A stretch of DNA of 64,000 nucleotides from Takakia lepidozioides (taxonomy: Eukaryota > Plantae > Bryophyta), in assembly GCA_030704615.1 (NCBI GenBank), contig CM060731.1, positions 35,960,001 to 36,024,000 of the forward strand, in the 5' to 3' direction. Both the position numbers and the translations under genes were made by a program. Positions within the stretch are counted from its first letter, which is position 1, and every line of letters starts with the position of its first letter. This document shows, one piece after another, positions 40,701 through 52,941 of the stretch. The notes under the pieces were generated by a model. It saw only the letters and a program-made list of their open reading frames with translations, was not told the origin of the DNA and made no database searches.

Positions 40701-43700
40701 GCAAACTGGTGCTTTCTTATCTCTTTAGGTTCAGGTGAGCTTAGATCCACAGTGGTCACGATACAATCGCATCCTGCTGTCATGTCAGTCATCAGGTAGT
40801 TGTGCCTTGCTTGCTGGAGTATGTGTGGCTGTGATCCAGAAGAGTTCATGTCAGTATAAGCCCCTGCCACTGGTCCCAGTATTGCAAATGAATTATGAAG
40901 GAAACTTTTCTCCAGCACCATTACTGTTCAGTGATGATTTTCCCACTGGATTTATCAATAATGGATGGACTGAGCATGACTGCTAATATATGTGCATGAG
41001 CTCAGTCTCACGGGGACTCCCATTTTATATCTGTGGTATTGACTTCCAAAGTGATAGAAAAGGTCACAAAAGGACATTGCTCTGCACTCAGGCAGGAGTA
41101 TTTGTGGGCACCGCCAGCGACCGGTCACACAGAGATGCTGACATGGACTGTGTCAGAATCCTGAAGGTTGTTGTGCATGTAACAGCACTACTTGCACAGA
41201 TGTTTGCGATCTCTGCACGGCTTAGATCCCTCGAGTGCTTGAGGATCTGGAAAGGACCCTATAGGTGGTGATTAGAAGTGTGGACAACGGTTGCCAAAAA
41301 ATCTTTTTCTAGTAGGGGCTGGGCCTGAATACATTTCACAACTCCATCCGTATTTTTCTTGGGTTGAACACAAGGCAGAGTTTGATGTGTCTGTAGTTTT
41401 CATTGCAGATAGAGTATATATTTTCAGACAAGACGGGCACCCTGACCCGAAACTTGATGGAGTTTTTTAAGTGCTCCATAGCTGGGGTGATGTATGGCAC
41501 TGGCGTTACCGAGATCCAAAGGGCAACTGCTCGTCGGACAGGCGTCCCTGTTGAGGAGGTTTGCATTTCCAACTCCATGGAATGGAAGCTGTCAGCTAGT
41601 GCTGCCACCTGAAGCCTATAAGATCTTAATCAATCCAAAATTTGTTTCGCAGCCTTGTGGGAGTATTTTAGGGGGTATCTCACAGACATTGGAACTTCGT
41701 GAGCAAAAGAAAAAGAAATTTCCGTTGGTTTGTGGCCTCACATAAAAGTGTAGGCCCTGGCAGGTCGAAATTCGAGTCTGGTGCATAGCATGTGAGAACA
41801 GCTGTGTTTCTTGTATTTCTGTTTATAACATGGCAGGAGAAGCTTTGTGACTTATGACGCTCAGGTGTCAGAAAAGATGTTGTTGCTGCCATGAAAAAAC
41901 TTCCATGCAATAAATTTTTCTTTTGGTCAGATTCTGCGATCAGATGATGCCATACGGGAGAAAGGATTTAATTTTGACGATAGAAGACTAATGAGTGGGC
42001 GCTGGCGGAATGAAGTTAATCCTGAGGTTTGCAAGGTACTATATTGTCTAGACAAGTTGTTCCTGAAAGATGCCATACCTTCTCTTCAGCAGATGGTTGT
42101 CAAAGGTTACCTTCAGACTACTATTGTAAGTTAGGAGTACGGATTCCAGTTCCACACAGCACTGCATCTATCTCTCTTGATTGTGAACGGCAGTAAGAGG
42201 TGTGTGATGAAATTTTTCTCATCAAAGGTATGTCTCTTGCTGACTTTCATTTTCTTTCTTTGCAGGAGTTTTTCAGATGTCTGGCAATTTGTCATACAGT
42301 GTTGCCAGTGGGGGAGGACATACCAGAAAGGATTACATATCAGGCAGCGTCCCCTGATGAGTCTGCACTGGTTGCTGCAGCCAAAAACTTTGGCTTCTTC
42401 TTCTATGGGTAAGGCCAACCTCTAGGTGTCATCATACAGTGGTCGTAGCACAATACAAATACAGAAATGCCTCTTATCATTTTAGGAATCTGAAGTCAGG
42501 GTTTACAAAATGGAATTAGTCACCTGTGGGACAGGAGTCTTGTTTCAGTTGGCCCAAAGTGAGGTTAACTTTTGATGAGAGGACTACCAGAGTCTGCATA
42601 ACGGATGTGAACTGATTGCTTTTGAGTATTAAATACGTTGGAATGGACTGACAGGCGGTCACCTGCAGCAATCCGAGTTCGAGAGTCACATGTGGAGAAG
42701 TTGGGGCGGATGGTTGACGTGGAATATGAGATTTTGAATGTTTTAGAGTTCAACAGGTCAGCGTTCTAACCTTCAATGTGGATTGGTGAGGGTAAAAAAA
42801 AATCATTTATCCAGATCCGTCTTGATCTTCTTTGTAAAGAGCATAGCTATGTGGTATATAATATGTGCAGTGCAAGCAGTGGCTTTGGTCACTAAGATCT
42901 CAAACATTGTCCGCGTTGCAATCTTAACGCACTTGGCAACTTGGGAATGTAGATGTCATGCTCTACTGCCGGTGTCTCTTTTCATAAAGTGTGTGGCTTT
43001 GTTGAACAGCACTAGGAAGCGCCAATCTGTCATATGTCGTTATCCCAGTGGAAGGCTGGTTCTGTACTGCAAAGTAATCTCCCATACTTCCATAATTTTT
43101 CCAACTGTTTGTGCTGTAGATGTGTCGGACAAAACATTGTGACTAACATGAATGTGATGGGCTGTATTGCTGCTGGTGCATCTGAGGGATGCTCAGTATG
43201 TGTAGAGGTGTTGAATGGAAATTGGGAGCTTCTCTGGAGATTCCTATATGGTCAAGGATGCCAATGTGTACCTGCCATGGGGTGCTCCAGGATGAACAGG
43301 ACTCATAACAATCGTTTGAGCTTTAATTAGCTTTTTTTGTGATGTATATAAATGTGGGTGATTTAACTCAGTTGTAAAACCGTCCCTTTAATGAGAATTG
43401 CTACGAGGAAGTGGCACTAACAGTTGCGTGGAAATTTTTTTAAGTATGTGCTGACCATAGTTGAGGTCTACATGGCTTGTCATGAAAGTAATGTTGCTGC
43501 CATGGGGTTGTGAACTTTGCCATTGTTTCTTGTCACTGTAGTCACATGGCATTGTCTCAGAACTACATGTAAGGATTGTTTATCAAACTTACTCCATTGT
43601 ACTGCACATAGTCGTTGCCGTCAATAGTCACCTGTTTTTAGTTCGGATTGATACTAGATGGTGACTAGGACCAGTGGTTGATGTACTCACAGGGTGCTGA

Positions 43701-46700
43701 CACAGTGATTTATGAGAGAATGGCAAATGATCGCTTAAATGGATACAGAGAGGTGAACCGCGACCATCTGGAGAAGTTTGGGGCTGATGGGCTCCGGACC
43801 TTGTGCCTGGCCTATCGGGATTTGGACCCACTTCTCTATGAAGCTTGGAATGAGAAATTTATTCGGGCCAAATCAGCACTACGAGACCGGGACAAGAAAC
43901 TTGATGAGGTAATGAGCCTATTCCTGAGAGGTTTGGTTAGGGTTTCCAACAGAGTAAGCGAGATATTACAATATGTGGGGATGTTTGAAGAGGGAGACCA
44001 ACAGGAATGAATGGAGAAACTAAAACTTGGATAGAGGTGATGGAATAGAATTTGACCCAGGTCACCTGATCTAGGTGCTGTGGTAGAGGCACAAAAGGGT
44101 AGGAAGACATTTTGTAGTCCCACTGCCTTGAGGGCAATCATTATGTCATCTATTTGGCCGATGTTTCTGATTATCACCATACATTTTCTATTCCTTCCTA
44201 TTTCAACTATTTACATGTTACTTTGGTTGTGTAGGTTGGCGAGCTGATTGAGCATGAGTTGATTTTGCTTGGGTGCACAGCGATTGAGGACAAGCTGCAA
44301 GAAGGGGTGCCGACTTGTATAGAAACTCTTGCCAAAGCTGGAATCAAGATCTGGGTGCTTACGGGTGACAAAATGGAGACTGCCATCAACATCGCCTATG
44401 GTTCAAAATTCCTCCCCTCTGTGAAGCTGTTAGTGTAGGTTTGTTGCATGGAGTATCAACTCATGTATAGACCCAACATAGACTTTAGATGAGTAGCTTG
44501 CATCAGTGGGTCATGCTGGAATAGAGAACCATCTGTCAGTGTGAGTTCATGGACTGTTGTCAAGCACCTTTACAGTAAGATCCGCACTACAAGGGAGGTA
44601 GTTGGAAGGGGAAGTGTCAGTTATCGACTGATACACATACATAAGAAAGGAGAAAGAAATAAAGAAGAAAGGAAGAAAGACATTTTCCACAGGGGATCCA
44701 CAAGGGCCCATGGACAAGGTAGATCAAATGTATGACCACTTGATGATACTTCAACTGACGCGCTAAGAAGAAAAGGAGCTTTGTCACATATGCAGAAAGC
44801 CGAAGAGCTTATGTACAGTAATACAAAAAGCAATTAAGAAGAGGGGTTGTGCCTGTTGGTGTGCAGCTTGCAGCTTGCTTAGAAATGAGATGAAGCAGTT
44901 CACTGTCAGCTCAGATATAAAGATGATTCGCGACGTTGAGGACAGAGTGAGTAGTAGACTTTTGGCTGATAGTGAGTAGTTGATCTGACTCCCTATTGAA
45001 ATGCAAAGGCTGCTTTCCATCGTAGGAAGAGGGTACTGGGACAAGTACTAGATGTTACTCTCTAGAATAGAGCTAAAGGCTTCAATTTAAAGGAAAGATT
45101 AGGGCAAGAGATACTGGAAGAGGTGCTGACTTGTGTCAATGCAGGGTGACCCTTTGGAGACAGCCCAAGTGATAGAGGAGTGTGTAACACAGCAACTGCG
45201 GGACTATCTTCATGAGGCTCAACATTGTGCCCCTGGATTGGATCTTGCTCTTGTGATTGATGGGAGGTGTCTGATGTATGCATTGGACCCACAGAAGCTT
45301 CGGGGCACTCTTCTTCAGTTGAGCATGCGGTGTAAGGCTGTTGTCTGTTGCCGTGTTTCGCCCCTGCAGAAAGCTCAGGTATGGACAGGGCATCTATTCA
45401 TGTGTGGGTGTGCCTCCCCTTAATCATTGGCTCATCTTAATGACATCTACTATCAAGTCTCTTCTATAAAACAGTATGCACTAGTTGAGGCTTGCAACCA
45501 TGTTTCTGGAGTCCTGAACTAGTGATGTCTGCCTTGATTGATGACAATTTCATGTTATAAAATCTTTGACATCCCGTTTGTAAAGAAGTCAGCAAGGATT
45601 AGAATTCTGCTCACTGTTTTTATAGGTCACCACTTTGATTAAAGATGATGCCCGGAAGATAACGCTGAGCATTGGTGATGGAGCGAATGATGTCAGCATG
45701 ATTCAGGCCGCCCATGTTGGGGTTGGTATCAGTGGGCAAGAAGGGATGCAAGCTGTGATGGCGAGTGATTTTGCGATTGCACAGTTTCGATTTTTGACTG
45801 ACTTACTTCTGGTCCATGGACGATGGTCTTATATCAGGATATCCAAGGTACATATCCTTGTTTGTTCATAAAATCTTACTTATTTCCCTTTCCCCTTTCT
45901 CTATCTTTTTGTCATTCCCTCGGAGACCCCTCAGGCCTCCAGTGATTGTCTCTGTCACACAGACCCACTCCTCTTCATACATCTCCCAGGTCTATTCCAG
46001 GATACCCAATCTCTTGTAGGTCTTCCACTACGAGGATCGGAAATGCTTGACAGCTTACCTGCATGAGGCATCTTAGACAATCCCTGAGGAGTAGTTGCTT
46101 TTGGGCTGCCCTGCTCTCTTTCTTTTTCTCTCTTTCTGTTCTCTTATATTGCACCATTTCATTTCATTTTTCTTTCTCTCTCTTTCTTCCTCCTCGTTTT
46201 GTCTCTCGTTTCTCTCTCGCGCGCGCGCGGCAGCACGTCGGCGCTCGCGCGTCGGCGCTGCGCTCACGGGCGTTGGCGCGCTAGCGCCATCTCCGCCACT
46301 CCATGACGTCCAAACGCCAAAGGACGGCTGCCGACGAGGTAGACTACCCGTCTCCCTCACGTCGACCTGATTCCCCTCTGCTTCTTCTTCCTGCCCCTGT
46401 CTCTCATCAAGCCTCTCCTTTGCGTCAGTACTCCACAAGGAGTGCCGATGTTCAAACGCTTCGGGACCAAATCTCCATCTTACAAACGAAATGCATCTCG
46501 GAGGAGACTCTGCAGCAAGTGCTCGCTGCCCGTGACAATGACTCGGAGGAGCGGTTGGCTTCCCTAGACAAAGACTGGGAGACGCGGATGGCTTCCCTTA
46601 ACAAAAATTGGGAAAAGCGCATGGATTCCTTGGACAAAGATTGGCAGAAACGCATGACTTCCTTGGACAAAGATTGGCAGAAGCGCATAACAGACAGATA

Positions 46701-49700
46701 CACAGACTTGGAGAACAATATGCGAGTTCAGGATAACGTTTTGCGGGCCTCTCTTCAGGAGTGCACTAGCAAACTTCAAGGTCTGGCGAAACATCTCAAT
46801 GACAAATCCACACATACGCGTCTTTCAAAACTTGAAGGCGAAGTGAAGACCTTCACAGAGAAGAGCCTCCCAGATCCCCTCACAGCAAGCATCCATCTGC
46901 AGGTGGAATCCCTTAGCAAAGAGCTGGATACACACAGAACTGCGACGTCTACAATGGCTCGGGAGCTCCAAGCTCACAAGGCAGAGGCCTCCTCCTGGGC
47001 TAATATAGTTAAGGGGAGCACATCCAACAACAGTCCTCACTCTCTGGAGGAGACAGTCTCGGCTACCTTGCGAGAGGAACAACAACGGGCTTTCAAAGCC
47101 CTTAACATCAGGGTCACTGGGAAGCTAGGGGGCCTTGTTGAGGGGGACCCTCTTGACGCTGCCACCAGCCTTATTCAAAAAAACCTGCTCTCCCACGGGG
47201 CGCGAGTGGCATTGAAAGGGCTTGGCGTGCAGGATCTTCAGAGAACAAAGTCCTCTTCATTAGATTCAAGGACAAGGGTGCTCGGGATAGAGTCCTCAGG
47301 CAGAGGCCTCAATTGAGAGGTCAGGGTATGTACCTCAACGATGACTTGACCCCTTTGCAATACAACGCCATGCGGGCGCAACTCTTGCAGGTTAAGCAAG
47401 CTCGAGCTCAAGGGCACTATGCCGTGTACCGAGATGGGAGGGTAATTGTCCGGGAGCACGAACGTCGCCCCTCTAGCTCTAAATAGGGGTTGGGGCACCA
47501 TGAGACCAACGCACGCTCACATCTACACATTGGCTCATGGAACTGTAATGGCTCGTTGTGGAGCCACCCTCAAGGGCTTCTAGATATTCTTTCCAAGTGT
47601 GATGTTCTTTTTCTTTTGGAAACTCATGCGTATGAAGGAAAGGACCCCCCCTTTATTCTCGGGTATAGCTTTCAGTCAGTGATTCGTCCACGTACAGGTC
47701 TCAAAGGATCTGGAGGTGTGGCTTGTTACTTTGCTGACTGGCTTCTCCCACTTATCTCCTTCCCATACAAAGACCCACTGGCAAGGTACATTTGGTGTCG
47801 CATCAAAGGCTACAACATCCTGCTGGCGGGATGTTATTTTGCTCCGGCCGCATCTCCACACAACGGCCTACATATTCGAACAGATTCACCATATGTTCCA
47901 TTGGAAGACGATATGGCCCGTCTCCGTACCCCACAAACGGACTTTTTCTTGTTTGGAGATTTCAACGCCCGTACAGGATCACTACAGGCCCCCACCTTCG
48001 ACCACACAGATCTTCTACACATCCAACGCTCGCATACGGAATTGGAGAGGCAAAGTGCAGATTCCTCTTGCGAAATCACAAGTTACGGTCACCATCTACT
48101 CAAGTTTTGTGAAACTCAGGGGCTATCCATTTACAATGGAACAACCAACTTCAAATCCTCCAGCCAGTTCACTTGCCACACGTACAAGGGCCAAAGCGTG
48201 CTTGATTATCTCTTGGGGAGCCCCAACAAGCCTGATAGAATAAGCTCCTTTTACATCACGAGGTACCCGGATTCTGATCACTCTTGCCTTTCCTTTGCAT
48301 TTCCTTGCATCTCCCTCCCCGTGAGGATCCCCTCTGCGTCTCTTCCCTTACATCCACGTATCCACTTTAATACCCCTTTCTCTCACTTACACGACGCCGA
48401 GTATGAAACATACCTAGCGTCGACCCTCCCTTCCATTCTACATCTATCATCTCCTAACGACAAGGCTACACATCTTACTCAAGCCCTTTGGGACTCAGCC
48501 CTGCGATCCTTTCCCGTCACCCTTCCATCTATCTCCTCACCCTTCTCCACTCGTCGTTACGCACCATTTTATGATGAGGAATGCAAGACTGCTAACTGGC
48601 AGATGGGAAAACCTGCAACGGGAGGACCGCCTATGTCCAGCTTGCATAGGGCGCAGCAAGGAAATTGAAACTGAAGAACACTTCTTCTTCTACTGCCCTC
48701 TATACTACGAGATCCGTGGGAGATTTCACTGTTTATCCAGTGGAACCCAAACTCTCACTGATGTCTTTCACTATGAGGATCAAAAATGCTTGGCAGCCTA
48801 CCTACACGAGGCCTTCACCCTTAGACAATCGCTAGAACATTAATTGTGGTTTCTGGATTTGTTCCTCTCTCATGTTTTCTTCCATTTTGTCCCATAAGCT
48901 TTACGAGCTTTCCGCGGACGTTATAAAGCACCATTTCATTTCATTTCTCCAGACATCCTTTGTGCCATCTCTTCTATGTATGAGATTGTCACTGGCATGG
49001 TCAACGTCGCTGGTGAATTCTCAGCCGAGATCCACAGCAACATTGGAGTCAAACAGGGCTGCCCCCTTTCACCTACCCTGTTCGGGATCTACATTGACGC
49101 CTTGGAGAATTACATAGCGAAAAACCATGGGGTTGGGGTCCCATTGGATGGGGGACCAACCCAATCAGATCTCCTCTATGCTGATGATGTTGCCCTTTTG
49201 GCACAATCCCCAGTCTTTCTGCAACGCAATCTCAAAATTTTGGAACAGTTCTGCAAAGACTATGGGATGCAGGTCAATCTTAGCAAGACCAAGATCATGG
49301 TCTTCAATGGCCAGGCTGATCGTAGATTCATCTTCAACCAGTAGGAAATTGAGATTGTGAAATCATACCGGTACCTAGGTCTGGTTATCCACTCCCCAAG
49401 TTTCACTTTGCAGCCACTGCCTTGGACAGGTTGACTAAAGGTAAGGCGGCCTCCGTCCGCCTTCAGGCCAAATGCAAGCAAATACATCTGCGGCATCCCC
49501 CGACCAAAAAGTGGCTGTTTGACACCGTCGTCAGCCCTGCTACCATCTATGGTTGTGAGTTCTGGGCACCTGGTGTCCCTGTCTCCTGGTGGGAAAAGAA
49601 TTTGGAACCATTACAGTCATCTTTTCTCCAAGCAATGCTTGGCGCCAGGAGCACAACTCCATCTCAGATCCTAGGTGCAGAGTTCGCATGTGTACCATTG

Positions 49701-52700
49701 CAATCCGAGGCCCTCTTCAGGCTTACAATCTTTCTCCATAGATTGCAGGCCCTTCCACCCAAAGGGCTAGTGGCAAGGGCCCTCACAACATCTATGAGGC
49801 TCAAAGCTGCAGGTTTCAGGAACTCCTGGTATGCTCGAGTGGACAGTTTATTTCAACGTAACGGACTTTCTACTGCTTTCCTATTACCAATGAACCCAGA
49901 TGAGGTGGACATCACATCCAGACATGACCGCAACAGACTCATTCGGAGAGAGCTTATGGAATTACATGTCAAGAGAACTTGGATGCTACCCAATCTCACG
50001 ACAAAGCTCCACTTCTATCGAGAGACATTCTTGGTGCTCCGCGATGATAGAATCTTGAGACCAAATTACCTTTCAGCACCCTTATCTCCTTCCCTCTTGA
50101 GGGTATTGGGGCGGTTCAGGGTGGGTTCCCACAACCTACGGATAGAGACTGGCAGATGGGAAAACCTGCAACGGGAGGACCGCCTATGTCCAGCTTGCAT
50201 AGGGCGCAGCAAGGAAATTGAAACTGAAGAACACTTCTTCTTCTACTGCCCTCTATACTACGAGATCCGTGGGAGATTTCACTGTTTATTCAGTGGAACC
50301 CAAACTCTCACTGATGTCTTTCACTATGAGGATCAAAAATGCGTGGCAGCCTACCTACACGAGGCCTTCACCCTTAGACAATCGCTAGAACATTAATTGT
50401 GGTTTCTGGATTTGTTCCTCTCTCATGTTTTCTTCAATTTTGTCCCATAAGCTCTACGAGCTTTCCGCGGACGTTATAAAGCACCATTTCATTTCATTTC
50501 ATTTCTCTTCTCCCACAAGCTCTTTGAGCTTTCCGCAGACGTTATAAAGTACCATTTCATTTCTTCTCTGCATGTTTGGTTATCGAATGTGGGCATTGCA
50601 TGACAGGTGGTGGCTTACTTTTTCTACAAGAATGTGGCGTTCACAATGACACAATTTTGGTTCAATACTTTCACGGGGTATTCTGGCCAACGATTCTACG
50701 ATGACTGGTTTCAATCATTATACAATGTTCTCTTTACAGCTCTACCTGTAATTGTGGTTGGCATATTTGACAAGGTGATTACATTCAGAGCATAATGTGT
50801 GATACACGAGATGCTCATCTCTTGCATCTACCAGCAAACGTCATCAATTGGAATTTGTATTTCTTGATCCCAATTTTGTGGATGCAATGAATTAGTTTTT
50901 TTTTTTTTTTTGAAGGGACAGTAAGTAATCTCGTTGAATTTTCAGCTGATGTTACCTTTTCTCCTCTCTTTAGCAGTGTGAAATTGTGTCCAGACAAGTA
51001 TTGCTTACATAATAGATTTAAATGTCCTCCATCCATCTATTTGTATATTTGTTTGTGATGTAGGATGTAAGTGCTTCCCGATCAAAATCTTGCCCACAGC
51101 TGTACAGTTCAGGCATTGAGAATTTGCACTTCAAGTGGAGGGTGCTGTTTGTGTGGATTACTTTCGGATTGTACCAGTCCTTGATCTTTTTTTTCTTTCC
51201 AGTAATAGCTGGCAATAGTTCCCAGAATGAATCCAGTAGAATGTTTGGAGTGTGGGATGTTGGGACTATGGCCTACACTTGTGTAATAATCACTGTGAAT
51301 GTTCGCCTCTTGATGGCCTGTACATCCATTACAAAGTGGCACCAAATCAGTGTATGGGGCAGCATTGGAGCCTGGTTTCTCTTCGTCTCCGTCTATTCTG
51401 CGGTGACGATTGCATTTAGACAGGTTCATTTTCTGCCCAAACTTGACATCCCCAGCTCACTGCTTTTTTTACTACTGAAACAAGTTGTGGTTGGTGTGCT
51501 GCCAACCAACTCGGCATAACCAAACTAATTCAAACACCTTTATGATCCTTAGATCAAGCCAGAAAGTCATTTTCTGTCCATGAGTTGGAAGTGAGTCAGA
51601 AATCCCGAACTCATTGCCCCAGACTTCACCTACTGAAAATTAAGTATCTTCATACAATTGATGTAGATGCTGTGGTTGAGGTTTTCGTAGTACAGACTTT
51701 GTTCCCGGTTGTTCCTCCTCTATGAATGGAAGAAGAAAAGGGAGAGTGGTTCAGAAAAAACAAAGAAGCAGACTAAATGATAACCTTTCACCATCAAACA
51801 TAACACATGACAGCATCATGTGATGGATGGAGAGACTAGATTCTATTGTTGGTTGTCTGATACCGCCCATTGCTCTTCTACTGCTGTTTGCTAGATATTC
51901 TACTCTCTCTTTTCCACCCTCTGGAAGGATTTGGGGGAAATGTCCTCAAGATCAGGAGTTTTCTAATCAAATGGGAGGGAGCACGGTAGACAATATAAGG
52001 AGGATCTTACATGCCTGCTTCCTTTCCTTGTTTCTTGTCTGATCGTAACCAGAAGATCATAGTACTTGTGCAATGGGTTAAGAAATTTCGCAATATGGCA
52101 GCTTGGCATTTGCTTGTAACAATTTTTGTTAACATTGTGCAAGAAGGGATCGACCACTTTGTCTTGTGTTGGTTGATGGCTCACACTGTGTGCATGCGGT
52201 GCAGGAAAATATATACTGGGTGATCTTCAATGTGATGAGCACTTGGTATTTCTGGTTCTCAATCCTGTTGGTCCCAACCGTTGCATTATTAGCCGACTTC
52301 CTGTTTGTGGGGTAAGTGTGTTCATCGTGATCACTCCAAGTTGGGTTTCGGCAATTACCTGAGACTTTCATACACAGCATTGTCGATTGAGGGTCTTTAG
52401 TATTTACCTGCCAACTACAATTCTGTTTGCGAAGTTGTGAGATACTCAAGTTGACAATCCTAAAGCACGTTATCATTATCAGTCGCTTTCCCAAGGGGAT
52501 AACTGCTTCCTATTGAATGCACAGATTTAGAACGGTAAAATTATGCACCTAGATTCTAATGCAAATATGTGGGCAAGAAACTGCAGGATACAGCGGTGGT
52601 TTTTCCCGTCCGACTACCAAATCATACAGGAGGACATGAAGTACTGTCAATCTTCAGAGATTGAGGATTACGAGCGGCAGAAAGAGATAATGGGTATGCT

Positions 52701-52941
52701 TGATAGCCCAGATGGATTGACAGTGGAGGAGGAGAGGACACTGGGTATGGTACAGCTTCCAAGAGAGTGCTCTAAGCACACAGGATTCGCATTTGACTCC
52801 CCTGGATTCGAATCGTTCTTCGCCATGCAAGAGGGCGTGACTGCCCCAGCCAGGTCATGGGACATTGCACGTCGCGCCTGCGTGAAATACCCTCGTCGTG
52901 GCAGCACCTCTCTTTCTAGAAGGAGTTCGGTGTTTCTCTGA
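34731..52941 (+). CDS. ALA3: Phospholipid-transporting P4-ATPase (flippase), ALA3-like, 27 coding exons, ~1231 aa
   Basis: Exons 34731-34880, 35507-35572, 35848-35909, 36579-36660, 36883-36993, 37253-37330, 37734-37830, 38152-38258, 38381-38446, 38659-38780, 39165-39252, 39686-39763, 40543-40659, 41409-41558, 41931-42035, 42266-42408, 42655-42756, 43010-43073, 43693-43908, 44235-44400, 44867-44946, 45145-45378, 45626-45847, 50607-50774, 51064-51423, 52205-52311 and 52587-52941 join in frame (3696 nt). Motifs DGETN, PISL, DKTGT, SPDE, TGDK, GDGAND and [16 protein letters not shown]. Confidence 0.95.
46303..47486 (+). CDS. LINE ORF1 (coiled coil with 11-aa repeats plus an RNA-binding-like C-terminus), one frameshift near 47200
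   Basis: [44 protein letters not shown]. After the frameshift it reads IERAWRAG...VLFIRFKDK...[11 protein letters not shown]...[10 protein letters not shown]...SSK*. Confidence 0.75.
47490..48594 (+). CDS. LINE ORF2 N-terminus: APE-type endonuclease; RT deleted in this copy
   Basis: [40 protein letters not shown], then FYDEECK and a jump to the element's 3' end at 48595. Confidence 0.9.
48947..50396 (+). pseudogene. 5'-truncated LINE ORF2: RT C-terminal half and Zn-finger-like tail; one in-frame stop at 49342-49344
   Basis: [55 protein letters not shown] and a CCHC-type tail. Confidence 0.9.

Larger units (their letters stand above)
45985..50562 (+). mobile_element. Head-to-tail array of four RTEX-like LINE copies in ALA3 intron 23
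   Basis: Four 3' ends with (CATTT)n tails at 46155-46169, 48932-48946, 50485-50504 and 50553-50562. APE endonuclease, RT, and the C-terminal motif [16 protein letters not shown]...RLCPAC...[13 protein letters not shown] are present. Confidence 0.88.
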
